Of a stretch of 64,000 nt of DNA, positions 1 through 7,675 are shown in pieces. Numbering within the stretch: position 1 is the stretch's first letter; each line of letters opens with the position of its first letter. Both the position numbers and the translations under genes were made by a program. Origin of the DNA: Burkholderiales bacterium. Its GTDB lineage: Bacteria > Pseudomonadota > Gammaproteobacteria > Burkholderiales > SG8-39. The notes beneath the pieces are model-generated. The model was not told where the DNA came from, did not search any database, and was given only the letters and a program-made list of their open reading frames with translations. Location: assembly GCA_036560705.1 (NCBI GenBank), contig DATBQR010000121.1, forward strand, positions 60,613-124,612, given 5' to 3'.

Positions 1-624
1 CTCAAATTCGCGGTGCCCATGTTGATGCTGCTGGATCTCGCCGCTTTCCTGCTGTTCGGCGCGCGCGTCCGCAAGCGGGTCCTCTACGGCGAGATCGGCC
101 GGCTGGCGCCGTTCGTCCTTGCCGGCATGGCGGCGGGCCTGACGCTGCTGATCGAAGTGCCCGAACGAAAGCTGCTCGCGGTGCTGGGCGCGTTCCTGCT
201 CCTCTACGCGGGCTACAGCCTGATCAGGGAAACAATCGGGCGCGGCCCGCCCGCTGCGCTGTCGCGCGCCTGGTGCGCGCCGATCGGCCTCGTGGGCGGC
301 GCGTTCTCGGCGCTGTTCGGCACCGGCGGCGTGCTGTTCGCGATGTACAACGCGGGCCGCATCCGCGACAAGGACGCGCTGCGTGCGACCAACGCCGCGA
401 TGATCATGCTGTCGTCGCTCCTGCGTGTCGTTCTGTTCGGCGCGACTGGGCTGCTGACGCAGGACGGGCTGCCCGCCACCGCGCTCTGCCTGCTGCCCGC
501 GATGCTCGGCGGCGCCTGGCTCGGCAACCGGCTGCACGCGTCGGTGCCGGCCAACGCAGTGGTGAAAGCGGTGTACGCTTTACTGGTGATTTCCGGCCTC
601 TCGCTGCTCGCGCGCTCCCTTTGA
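1..624 (+). CDS. TauE/SafE-family anion-exporter-like membrane protein (5' end outside window)
   Basis: Frame is open from base 1 (track ORF 13..624). Polytopic hydrophobic protein with Gly-rich helices (GGAFSALFGTGGVLF). TGA stop overlaps the TTG start of the next gene (TTGA, 621-624). Confidence 0.6.
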   Translation, partial: LKFAVPMLMLLDLAAFLLFGARVRKRVLYGEIGRLAPFVLAGMAAGLTLLIEVPERKLLAVLGAFLLLYAGYSLIRETIGRGPPAALSRAWCAPIGLVGGAFSALFGTGGVLFAMYNAGRIRDKDALRATNAAMIMLSSLLRVVLFGATGLLTQDGLPATALCLLPAMLGGAWLGNRLHASVPANAVVKAVYALLVISGLSLLARSL

Positions 625-2120
625 AATCATTCACCCCCAGGCAGTGCCTGCTGTTTGCGCTGGCCGCGACGCTGCTGTTCCACTTCTGGCTCTCGGCCGT
701 CGCGCCGGTGACCGCCGACGAGGCCTACTTCATCCTCTGGGGCCGTTCGCCCGCGCTCGGCTACTACGACCATCCGCCCATGGTGGGCTGGCTGCTGGCG
801 CCGCTCGCCGCGTTTTCCGAGGCCGCCTGGCTGATGCGCCTGCCGGCGGTGCTGGTGCCGCCGCTGGCCGCGCTGATGGTGCGCGCCGCATTGCGCCGGT
901 GGTTCGGCCGGGATGAGGACACCGCCGACCTCGCGGCGCTGGCGGTGCTGCTGGTGCCGATGAACATCTGGAACGTGCTGATCACCACCGACACGCCCCT
1001 GGTGCTGTTTTCCGTGGCTTCGCTGCTGGTATTCGCGCGCGCGGCGCAGAAGGACTCGAACGGCTGGTTTCTCTTTTCCGGGATTTTTCTCGGATTGGCA
1101 TTCCTGTCGAAGTATTTCGCAGTCCTGCTCGGCCTTGCCTATCTGGTCTGGGCGGTCGCATCGAGGAAGCCCAAGGCGTTTCTCCTCGTGTTTTTGGGCG
1201 GGCTGCCGTTCGGCCTGCTGAACCTCTACTGGAACCTGAACGCCTGCTGGTGCAACGTGATGTTCAACGCCATCAACCGCCACGAGGGCGACGGCAGCGG
1301 CTGGTCGGCGGCGACACCGCTGCTGTACGCGGCATCGCTCGCCTATCTCGCCGCGCCGCTGCTCTGGTTCGCCTGGCGCGGGCGCGCGCGGTTGCGCGAG
1401 GCCTGGCGGCGGCCCGGCGAGCGCGCGCTGCTGCTGGCCTGGCTGGTGCCGCTGGCGGTGTTCGCCGCGCTCAGCCCGGTGAAGCGCATCGGCCTGCACT
1501 GGATGCTGTCCTTCATGCCGGCGCTCGTGCTGAGCGTGGCGCTCGCGCTCGAGCGGCGCCAGCTGGTGCTGAGCGCGCGCTTCTTCGCGGCGGCGGCGCT
1601 GCTGCAGGCGGTGCCGATCGCCATCGTCGCGGCGCTGCCGCTGGAAACCTGGCAGGCGTCGCGCTTCTCGCAGCGGCTGGTGTTCCCCGGCCGCATCGCC
1701 GAGCTGATGGCGGCGGTCGCGCCGGACCTGCCGGGCACGCTGCTCGCCGTCGACAGTTACGCCTCTGCCGCGCTGCTTGCCTATCACACGCGGCGTCCGG
1801 TGCCGGTGTTCGGCAGGGGAACCTCCCACGCGCGGCAGGATGACATCGACACCGACTGGCGCGCCTACGCCGGCAAGGATCTGCTGGTGCTGAGGCGCGA
1901 GGCGCCCTCGCTGCAGGATTACCAGCCGTATTTCCGCAGCGTCGAGGTGAAGAAAATCGCGCTCGGCGGCGGTACCTACCACGCGGTGCTCGGCCGCGGC
2001 TTCGACTACGAGGCCTACCGGGCCGGCGTGCTGGCGGACGTCCGCGACCGCTTCTACCGGATCCCGGCGCGGCTGCCGGTCGAACGCTGCTATTTCTTCG
2101 AGCGCTACTTTCCGCGATGA
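621..2120 (+). CDS. GT-C fold glycosyltransferase, family 39 (ArnT/PMT_2-like, polyprenyl-phosphate-sugar dependent)
   Basis: Track ORF 273..2120 trimmed to in-frame TTG 621, because the upstream part overlaps the TauE gene. N-terminal motif DEAYFILWGRSPALGYYDHPPMVGW is typical of ArnT/PMT_2. Many TM helices. ATGA overlap with the next gene. Confidence 0.75.
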   Translation: MKSFTPRQCLLFALAATLLFHFWLSAVAPVTADEAYFILWGRSPALGYYDHPPMVGWLLAPLAAFSEAAWLMRLPAVLVPPLAALMVRAALRRWFGRDEDTADLAALAVLLVPMNIWNVLITTDTPLVLFSVASLLVFARAAQKDSNGWFLFSGIFLGLAFLSKYFAVLLGLAYLVWAVASRKPKAFLLVFLGGLPFGLLNLYWNLNACWCNVMFNAINRHEGDGSGWSAATPLLYAASLAYLAAPLLWFAWRGRARLREAWRRPGERALLLAWLVPLAVFAALSPVKRIGLHWMLSFMPALVLSVALALERRQLVLSARFFAAAALLQAVPIAIVAALPLETWQASRFSQRLVFPGRIAELMAAVAPDLPGTLLAVDSYASAALLAYHTRRPVPVFGRGTSHARQDDIDTDWRAYAGKDLLVLRREAPSLQDYQPYFRSVEVKKIALGGGTYHAVLGRGFDYEAYRAGVLADVRDRFYRIPARLPVERCYFFERYFPR

Positions 2121-3001
2121 GGCGTGCGCTCGCGCATTGGTCGGGGCTGATCGAGCTGCTGCGCCCGCAGCAGTGGATCAAGAACGCTTTTGTCCTCGTC
2201 GGGCTGGTGTTCGGCCACGCATGGCGCGATCCGGCAGCGGTCGCCGCGGCGCTCGCTGCCACGCTGGCGTTCTGCCTTGCCTCGGGCGCGGTCTATGCGT
2301 TCAACGACGCGCGCGACGCGGTGCAGGATCGCGACCATCCGGACAAGCGCAACCGCCCGGTCGCGCGCGGCGCGGTCACGGACGCGGAGGCGGTGGTGCT
2401 CTCGGCCTTGGTGGCCGCGCTGGCGGTTGCGCTGGCGGCCTGGACGGGCTGGAAAGTTGCCGCGATCGTGGCGATCTATCTCGCCTTGAGCGCCGCCTAC
2501 ACGCTGCGCCTGAAGCGGGTCCCGGTGCTGGACGTGATCGTGATCGCCGCCGGCTTCATGCTGCGCCTGCTGGCGGGCACTGCGGGAATCGGCATCGAGC
2601 CCTCCAACTGGCTGCTCGCCTGCGGGTTCCTGCTGACGCTGTTCCTCGGGTTCGCCAAGCGCCGCGCCGAGATCGGCCGCCTTGCCGAGGGCGCCGGCCA
2701 GCACCGGCCCGTGCTCGAAGATTACTCGGCGGGATTCCTCGACAAGGCGATCATGCTCTGCGCCGCCGGCATGGTCGCGGCTTACGCCTGGTACACGCTG
2801 GCCGCCCAGACTGCGCTGATCCAGGGCACGGGAAGCTTGATCCTGACCTTGCCCTGGGTGCTGCTCGGCACCCTGCGTTACCTGTACCGCCTGCGCTTCC
2901 GGGGCGGGGGAGGCGATCCGGCCGTGGAGCTGTTGCGCGACCCGCTGCTCGCGGTCGCGGTCGCCGGATGGATCGCCACCGTGCTCTGGTTGATCGGCTA
3001 G
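2117..3001 (+). CDS. UbiA-superfamily transferase, decaprenyl-phosphate 5-phosphoribosyltransferase-like
   Basis: 294 aa polytopic protein with motif NDARDAVQDRDHPDKRNRPVARG (NDxxDxxxDxxHPxKxxRP), as in DPPR synthases of the UbiA family. Confidence 0.75.
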   Translation: MRRALAHWSGLIELLRPQQWIKNAFVLVGLVFGHAWRDPAAVAAALAATLAFCLASGAVYAFNDARDAVQDRDHPDKRNRPVARGAVTDAEAVVLSALVAALAVALAAWTGWKVAAIVAIYLALSAAYTLRLKRVPVLDVIVIAAGFMLRLLAGTAGIGIEPSNWLLACGFLLTLFLGFAKRRAEIGRLAEGAGQHRPVLEDYSAGFLDKAIMLCAAGMVAAYAWYTLAAQTALIQGTGSLILTLPWVLLGTLRYLYRLRFRGGGGDPAVELLRDPLLAVAVAGWIATVLWLIG

Positions 3002-3033
3002 AATCTGCTGCGAAAGCGCTATCCACGAATCCC

Positions 3034-3576
3034 ATGGCCGAACGCCCCGTGCACCTCGCTCACCTCGAGCACCTCGGGGACGCGACCAAATTCTCGCCGC
3101 AGATCCACGCGCTGATCCCGAAGTGCGACCTGCTGGAGAACTTCTCTCCGGCCGAGGTGCGGCTGCTGGCGCATTTCATGGACGTCTACCAGGCGCCGGC
3201 CGGCACCGAGATCATCCATGAGGGCGAGGGCGGCGATTTCATGCTGATGCTGATCGAGGGCAAGGTCGAGGTGCTGAAGCGCGACCGCTGGAATACCCCG
3301 CAGCTGATCGCGGTGGTGGAGGCGGGCAAGACGCTGGGGGAGATGTCCATGATCGACGGCGAGGCGCGCTTCGCCACCTGCGTCGCGGCCGAGCCGACCG
3401 TGGTTGCGGTCCTGGACCGGGAGAATCTCGCGCGCATCATCGTCGAACAGCCCATGCTCGGCGCGAAGATCCTGATGGAGCTGGTGTTGATGCTGTCGCA
3501 GCGGCTGCGCTCGACCAGCGCGCGCCTGCTGCAGTTGATGGACGAGCAGTCGCACCGCGCGACCCACTTCCTGTAG
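3034..3576 (+). CDS. stand-alone cyclic-nucleotide-binding (CAP-effector) domain protein
   Basis: In-frame ATG 3034 within track ORF 2137..3576. Sequence GTEIIHEGEGGDFMLMLIEGKVEV...GEMSMIDGEARFATCVA matches the cNMP-binding beta-barrel and phosphate-binding cassette. No output domain. Confidence 0.75.
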   Translation: MAERPVHLAHLEHLGDATKFSPQIHALIPKCDLLENFSPAEVRLLAHFMDVYQAPAGTEIIHEGEGGDFMLMLIEGKVEVLKRDRWNTPQLIAVVEAGKTLGEMSMIDGEARFATCVAAEPTVVAVLDRENLARIIVEQPMLGAKILMELVLMLSQRLRSTSARLLQLMDEQSHRATHFL

Positions 3577-3578
3577 GC

Positions 3579-5714
3579 ATGGGCCGGGCGCGGCTCGCGC
3601 TGCTCCTGTTGATCGTTGGGGCGGCGGTCGCGTTCTTCACGCTCGGCCTCGGGCGCTTCTTCACGCTCGAATTCCTGCAGGCACAGCGGGCGGCGATCGA
3701 CGCGCAGCTCGTGGCGGAGCCCATCCGCACGGGCCTGCTGTTCTTCCTGGCCTACGTCGCGATCACCGGCTTGTCGCTGCCCGGCTCGGCGGTGATGACG
3801 CTGGCCGCCGGCGCGATCTTCGGCCTGCGGTGGGGGGTGGCGATCGTTTCCTTCGCCTCGACCATCGGCGCCACGCTCGCCTTCCTCGCGGCCCGCTTCC
3901 TGCTGCGCGACTGGGTGCAGGCGAAATTCGGGGAGAAACTGAAGGCGGTCAATGACGGCGTGGCGAGGGAGGGCGCGTTCTACCTGTTCGCGCTGCGGCT
4001 GGTGCCGGCCTTTCCCTTCTTCGCGATCAACCTGCTGATGGGGCTGACCCCGATCCGCACCTGGACCTACATCTGGGTCAGCCAGCTCGGCATGTTCGCG
4101 GGCACCGTCGCATTCGTCTATGCCGGCATCAAGCTCGGCGAGTTCAGGGCTTCGATCGGCCTGCTCGCCGCTTTCGCGCTGCTCGGCTTCTTCCCGCTGC
4201 TGGCGAAGCGGGTGCTGGATGCGGCGAAGGCGCGGCGCGTCTATGCCCGGTGGGCCAGGCCGGCGCGCTTCGACCGCAACCTGGTGGTCGTCGGCGCGGG
4301 CTCGGCCGGCCTGGTCGCCGCGTACATCGCCGCGGCCGTGAAGGCGAAGGTGACGCTCGTCGAGAAGCAAAAAATGGGCGGGGATTGCCTGAATACCGGC
4401 TGCATCCCCTCGAAGGCCTTGCTGCGGTCCGCCAAGTTCGTGCATCAGGCACGCAAGGCGGCAAGCCTCGGAATCAAGGCGGCAACCATCGAGTTCGATT
4501 TCGCCGACGTCATGGAGCGCGTGCAGCGCGTGATCCGCACCGTCGAGCCGCACGACTCGGCCGAACGGTACGCCGGGCTCGGCGTCGAGTGTCTGCGGGG
4601 CGAGGCGAAAATCGTCTCGCCCTGGGCCGTCGCAGTCGTGGGCGCGGACGAAAAAAAACAGACGCTGACCACGCGCGCCATCGTCATCGCCGCCGGCGCG
4701 CGGCCGTTCGTGCCGCCGATCCCCGGGATCGAGCGGATGGACTGCCTTACCTCCGACACGGTGTGGGGCCTGCGCGAGCTGCCGCCGCGCCTGCTGGTGC
4801 TGGGCGGCGGGCCGATCGGCTCGGAGCTGGCGCAGGCGTTCGCGCGCCTGGGCTCGAAAGTGACGCAAGTCGAGATGCTGCCGAGGATCCTGCCGCGCGA
4901 GGATCCGGACGTGTCCGCGATGGTGCGCCGGAGTTTCGAGGAGGAAGGCATCGCCGTCCTGACCGGGCACAAGGCGAAGGAATTCCTGCTGGACCAAGGG
5001 AGGAAGACGCTGGTCTGCGAACGGGAGGGCGGCGAGACCCGGATTGAATTCGATGTGCTGCTGTGCGCGCTCGGGCGCGTCGCCAACACCGCCGGCTATG
5101 GGCTGGAGGACCTCGGGATTCCGGTCAGCCGTGCGCGCACCGTCGAAACCAACGGGTTCCTGCAGACGATTTATCCGAACATCTACGCCTGCGGCGATGT
5201 CGCCGGGCCTTACCAATTCACCCACGTCGGCGCGCACCAGGCCTGGTACGCGTCGGTAAATGCGCTGTTCGGATCCCTGAAGATGTTCCGCGCCGATTAT
5301 TCGGTGATTCCCTGGGCCACTTTTACCGATCCGGAGGTGGCGCGCGTGGGCCTGAGCGAAACCGAGGCGAAAGAAAGGAACATCCCCTGCGAAGTCTCGA
5401 CCTACGGCATCGACGACCTGGACCGCGCGATCGCCGACGAGACGGCGCGCGGCATGGTCAAGGTGCTCACCGTGCCGGGCAAGGACCGCATTCTCGGCGC
5501 CACCATCGTCGGCGAGCATGCGGGCGACCTGATCGCCGAGTATGTCGCCGCGATGCGCCACGGCTTCGGCATGAACAAGATCCTCGGCACCATCCATGTC
5601 TATCCGACGCTGGCGGAAGCCAACAAGTACGCTGCCGGCGTGTGGAAGAAGGCGCACGCGCCGCAGGGAGTGCTGCGGATGGTGGAGAAATTCCATGCAT
5701 GGATGAGGGGTTGA
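3579..5714 (+). CDS. fusion protein: TVP38/TMEM64 (DedA-superfamily) membrane domain + class-I pyridine-nucleotide-disulfide oxidoreductase
   Basis: N-terminal ~230 aa are polytopic and DedA/SNARE-associated-like. They are followed by VVVGAGSAGLVAAY (FAD GxGxxG), the redox-active GGDCLNTGCIPSK (CxxxxC), a second Rossmann motif LVLGGGPIGSELA, and a C-terminal HVYPTLAE His-Glu dimerisation motif. Confidence 0.85.
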   Translation: MGRARLALLLLIVGAAVAFFTLGLGRFFTLEFLQAQRAAIDAQLVAEPIRTGLLFFLAYVAITGLSLPGSAVMTLAAGAIFGLRWGVAIVSFASTIGATLAFLAARFLLRDWVQAKFGEKLKAVNDGVAREGAFYLFALRLVPAFPFFAINLLMGLTPIRTWTYIWVSQLGMFAGTVAFVYAGIKLGEFRASIGLLAAFALLGFFPLLAKRVLDAAKARRVYARWARPARFDRNLVVVGAGSAGLVAAYIAAAVKAKVTLVEKQKMGGDCLNTGCIPSKALLRSAKFVHQARKAASLGIKAATIEFDFADVMERVQRVIRTVEPHDSAERYAGLGVECLRGEAKIVSPWAVAVVGADEKKQTLTTRAIVIAAGARPFVPPIPGIERMDCLTSDTVWGLRELPPRLLVLGGGPIGSELAQAFARLGSKVTQVEMLPRILPREDPDVSAMVRRSFEEEGIAVLTGHKAKEFLLDQGRKTLVCEREGGETRIEFDVLLCALGRVANTAGYGLEDLGIPVSRARTVETNGFLQTIYPNIYACGDVAGPYQFTHVGAHQAWYASVNALFGSLKMFRADYSVIPWATFTDPEVARVGLSETEAKERNIPCEVSTYGIDDLDRAIADETARGMVKVLTVPGKDRILGATIVGEHAGDLIAEYVAAMRHGFGMNKILGTIHVYPTLAEANKYAAGVWKKAHAPQGVLRMVEKFHAWMRG

Positions 5715-5733
5715 GGCGGTTGCGCGCCAGGCG

Positions 5734-6402
5734 ATGAAACTGTCCGTCGTCGTCCCCGTGCTCAATGAAGCGGCCGGCATTGCGCGGACGCTTGGATTGC
5801 TGGCGCCGCTGCGTGCGCGGGGCCACGAGGTGATCGTGGCGGACGGGGGCAGCGAAGACGGCAGCCGCGAGCTCGCGGCGCCGCTTGCCGATCGCGTGAT
5901 CGCCGCCCCGCGCGGCCGGGCCCGGCAGATGAATGCCGGTGCCGCCGCCGCCGCGGGACAGGCACTTCTCTTCCTGCACGCAGATACGACGCTCCCGGAA
6001 GCGGCGGACCGCCTGGCGCTGCAGGCGCTCGGCGAACGGCTCTGGGGCCGCTTCGACGTGCGCATCGACGGCCGCTCGCCGCTGCTCCCCGTGGTGGCGT
6101 TCTTCATGAATGCCCGCTCGCGCCTCACCGGCATCGCCACGGGCGACCAGGCGATTTTCGTGCGCCGGGCGGCATTCACGGGTTTTCCGGAGATTGCGCT
6201 GATGGAGGACATCGCCTTCAGCCGGTCGATGAAACAGCTCTCGCCGCCCGCCTGCCTGCGCGAGACCGTGACGACTTCCGGCAGGCGCTGGGAGCGCAAC
6301 GGCGTCGCGCGCACCGTGCTGCTGATGTGGCGCCTGCGCCTCGCGTATTTCCTCGGCGCCTCCCCGGATGAACTCGCGCGGCGCTATGCTGGAAAAACCT
6401 GA
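5734..6402 (+). CDS. family-2 glycosyltransferase (TIGR04283-like)
   Basis: MKLSVVVPVLNEA...VIVADGGSEDGS...LFLHADT is a typical GT-A/GT2 N-terminus and DxD-like region. ~220 aa soluble protein paired with a DUF2064 gene. Confidence 0.7.
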   Translation: MKLSVVVPVLNEAAGIARTLGLLAPLRARGHEVIVADGGSEDGSRELAAPLADRVIAAPRGRARQMNAGAAAAAGQALLFLHADTTLPEAADRLALQALGERLWGRFDVRIDGRSPLLPVVAFFMNARSRLTGIATGDQAIFVRRAAFTGFPEIALMEDIAFSRSMKQLSPPACLRETVTTSGRRWERNGVARTVLLMWRLRLAYFLGASPDELARRYAGKT

Positions 6403-7045
6403 GCCGGCGCTGATCGTGTTCGCGCGCGCGCCCGAGCCGGGCCGCGTGAAAACGCGCCTCGTGCCGCTGCTTGGCAGGCAAGGCGCGGCGCGGCTGCATG
6501 CGCGCCTGGTGGAGCAGACGCTCGAGACGGCGCTTGCCGCGGGATTCGCCAAGGTCGATTTGTATTGTTCTCCGGGCATCAAGAACGGGTTTTTCCGGAA
6601 AAATAAAACACGCTTCGGTGTCGGCCTTCGATCCCAGGGCGGCGGCGACCTTGGCGACCGGATGTACCGCGCGTTCGAGCGCGCGCTGCGCAGCCACTCT
6701 CACGTCGTCCTGATCGGCAGCGATTGCCCGGTGCTGCGGCCGGCCGACCTGCGCGCCGCAGCGCGCGCGCTGCGGGCGGGCGCCCACGCGGTGCTGTCGC
6801 CGGCCGAGGACGGCGGCTACGCGCTGATCGGGCTGCGCCGGGTCTCGCGCCGGCTGTTCGACGGCGTCGCCTGGAGCACCCCTCGGGTCCTCGCGCAGAC
6901 GCGCCGCAGGCTGCGCCGGCTCCGCTGGTGCTGGCAGGAACTGCGCACCGTGTGGGACGTGGACCGGCCGGAGGATGTCGCGCGCCTGAAAAAATTCAGA
7001 GCGCGCCGGATTTCCGCAGCAGCTCGGCGACGCGCTCGGCCATGA
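6368..7045 (+). CDS. DUF2064 / TIGR04282-like (CofC/MobA-fold) transferase
   Basis: ALIVFARAPEPGRVKTRLVPLLG is the signature N-terminus of DUF2064. The alternative ATG at 6386 is perhaps the true start. Overlaps the preceding GT2 gene, and its 3' end overlaps the convergent SGNH gene by 50 bp. Confidence 0.65.
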   Translation: MNSRGAMLEKPEPALIVFARAPEPGRVKTRLVPLLGRQGAARLHARLVEQTLETALAAGFAKVDLYCSPGIKNGFFRKNKTRFGVGLRSQGGGDLGDRMYRAFERALRSHSHVVLIGSDCPVLRPADLRAAARALRAGAHAVLSPAEDGGYALIGLRRVSRRLFDGVAWSTPRVLAQTRRRLRRLRWCWQELRTVWDVDRPEDVARLKKFRARRISAAARRRARP

Positions 7046-7631
7046 GCCGGTAGCCCTGCGCGTTGGGATGCACCTGGTCGGACTTGAGGCTCGGGTCCCT
7101 GAGGATTTTGCCCAGCACGCTGCCCTCGTAGGGGATGCGGAATTCCTTGGCGATCTCCCCGTAGAACTCGGGCGGCGTGACGGTAAAGCCGGGTTCCGGC
7201 GTGCCGATCAGCAGCACCTGGACGCCGCGCGCTTTCGCCAGCCGAATCATGCCGCGCAGGTTCTCCGCGGCGGCCTGCTTCGATTGCCGCTGCAGGAAGT
7301 CATTGCCGCCGTGGCACAGCAGCAGCAGCGCCGGCCGGTGTTCATCGAGCGCCGAGGGCAGGCGGGCGAGGCCAGCCGCGCTCACCTCTCCCGGCACCCC
7401 TTCGCGCACCACGCGCCGGTTGATCAGGCGCGCCAGTTGCGCCGGGTAGCTTTCCGCCTCGCTTGCGCCGGTGCCGTAGGTCAGGCTGTCGCCGAAGGCG
7501 AGGACGACTGCGTCGGCGGCGAGCGGCGGCAGCTGCGCCTGCTGGCCGCAGCCGGCTGCGCTCAGCAGGATCGCGGTCAGCAGCGCCCTGAACAGGGATG
7601 CGAGCGCCTCCTGCGCGGGAAACAGCCTCAT
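6996..7631 (-). CDS. SGNH/GDSL hydrolase (TesA/arylesterase-like), probable lipoprotein
   Basis: VLAFGDSLTYG (GDS block I), CHGGNDF (block III) and DQVHPN (block V). Signal peptide ends in LLSAAGC. Start chosen at the internal Met (track ORF 6996..7673). Confidence 0.8.
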   Translation of the reverse strand: MRLFPAQEALASLFRALLTAILLSAAGCGQQAQLPPLAADAVVLAFGDSLTYGTGASEAESYPAQLARLINRRVVREGVPGEVSAAGLARLPSALDEHRPALLLLCHGGNDFLQRQSKQAAAENLRGMIRLAKARGVQVLLIGTPEPGFTVTPPEFYGEIAKEFRIPYEGSVLGKILRDPSLKSDQVHPNAQGYRLMAERVAELLRKSGAL

Positions 7632-7675
7632 GAGGGCCATGCTACACTCGCCGGCAAGCAGGAGGAGACGCATCC

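Noticed and set aside
273-620. The long N-terminal extension of the GT39 ORF (track start 273).
   Set aside because: It overlaps the TauE-like gene in another frame and translates to an Arg-rich non-membrane sequence. The conserved GT39 sequence begins right after TTG 621, which overlaps the upstream stop.
4641-4648. Homopolymer runs in coding regions (A8 at 4641-4648, T8 at 24957-24964, several A7/T7 runs) as phase-variation tracts.
   Set aside because: They are short for slipped-strand switches, encode ordinary Lys-Lys or Phe-Phe-Phe, and lie in housekeeping-type genes. There is no evidence of frameshifted copies.
3186-6314. Very long ORFs antisense or out of frame to recognised genes: 3186..6314 (1042 aa), 18109..19980 (623 aa), 20254..22413 (719 aa), 41415..43361 (648 aa), 55349..58219 (956 aa), 14662..16602 (646 aa), 28..30 kb and others.
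   Set aside because: Their translations are Arg/Ala/Gly/Pro/His-rich low-complexity strings with no motifs. Each lies opposite to or overlaps a gene with unmistakable conserved motifs. Such shadow ORFs are expected in high-GC DNA, where stop codons are rare.
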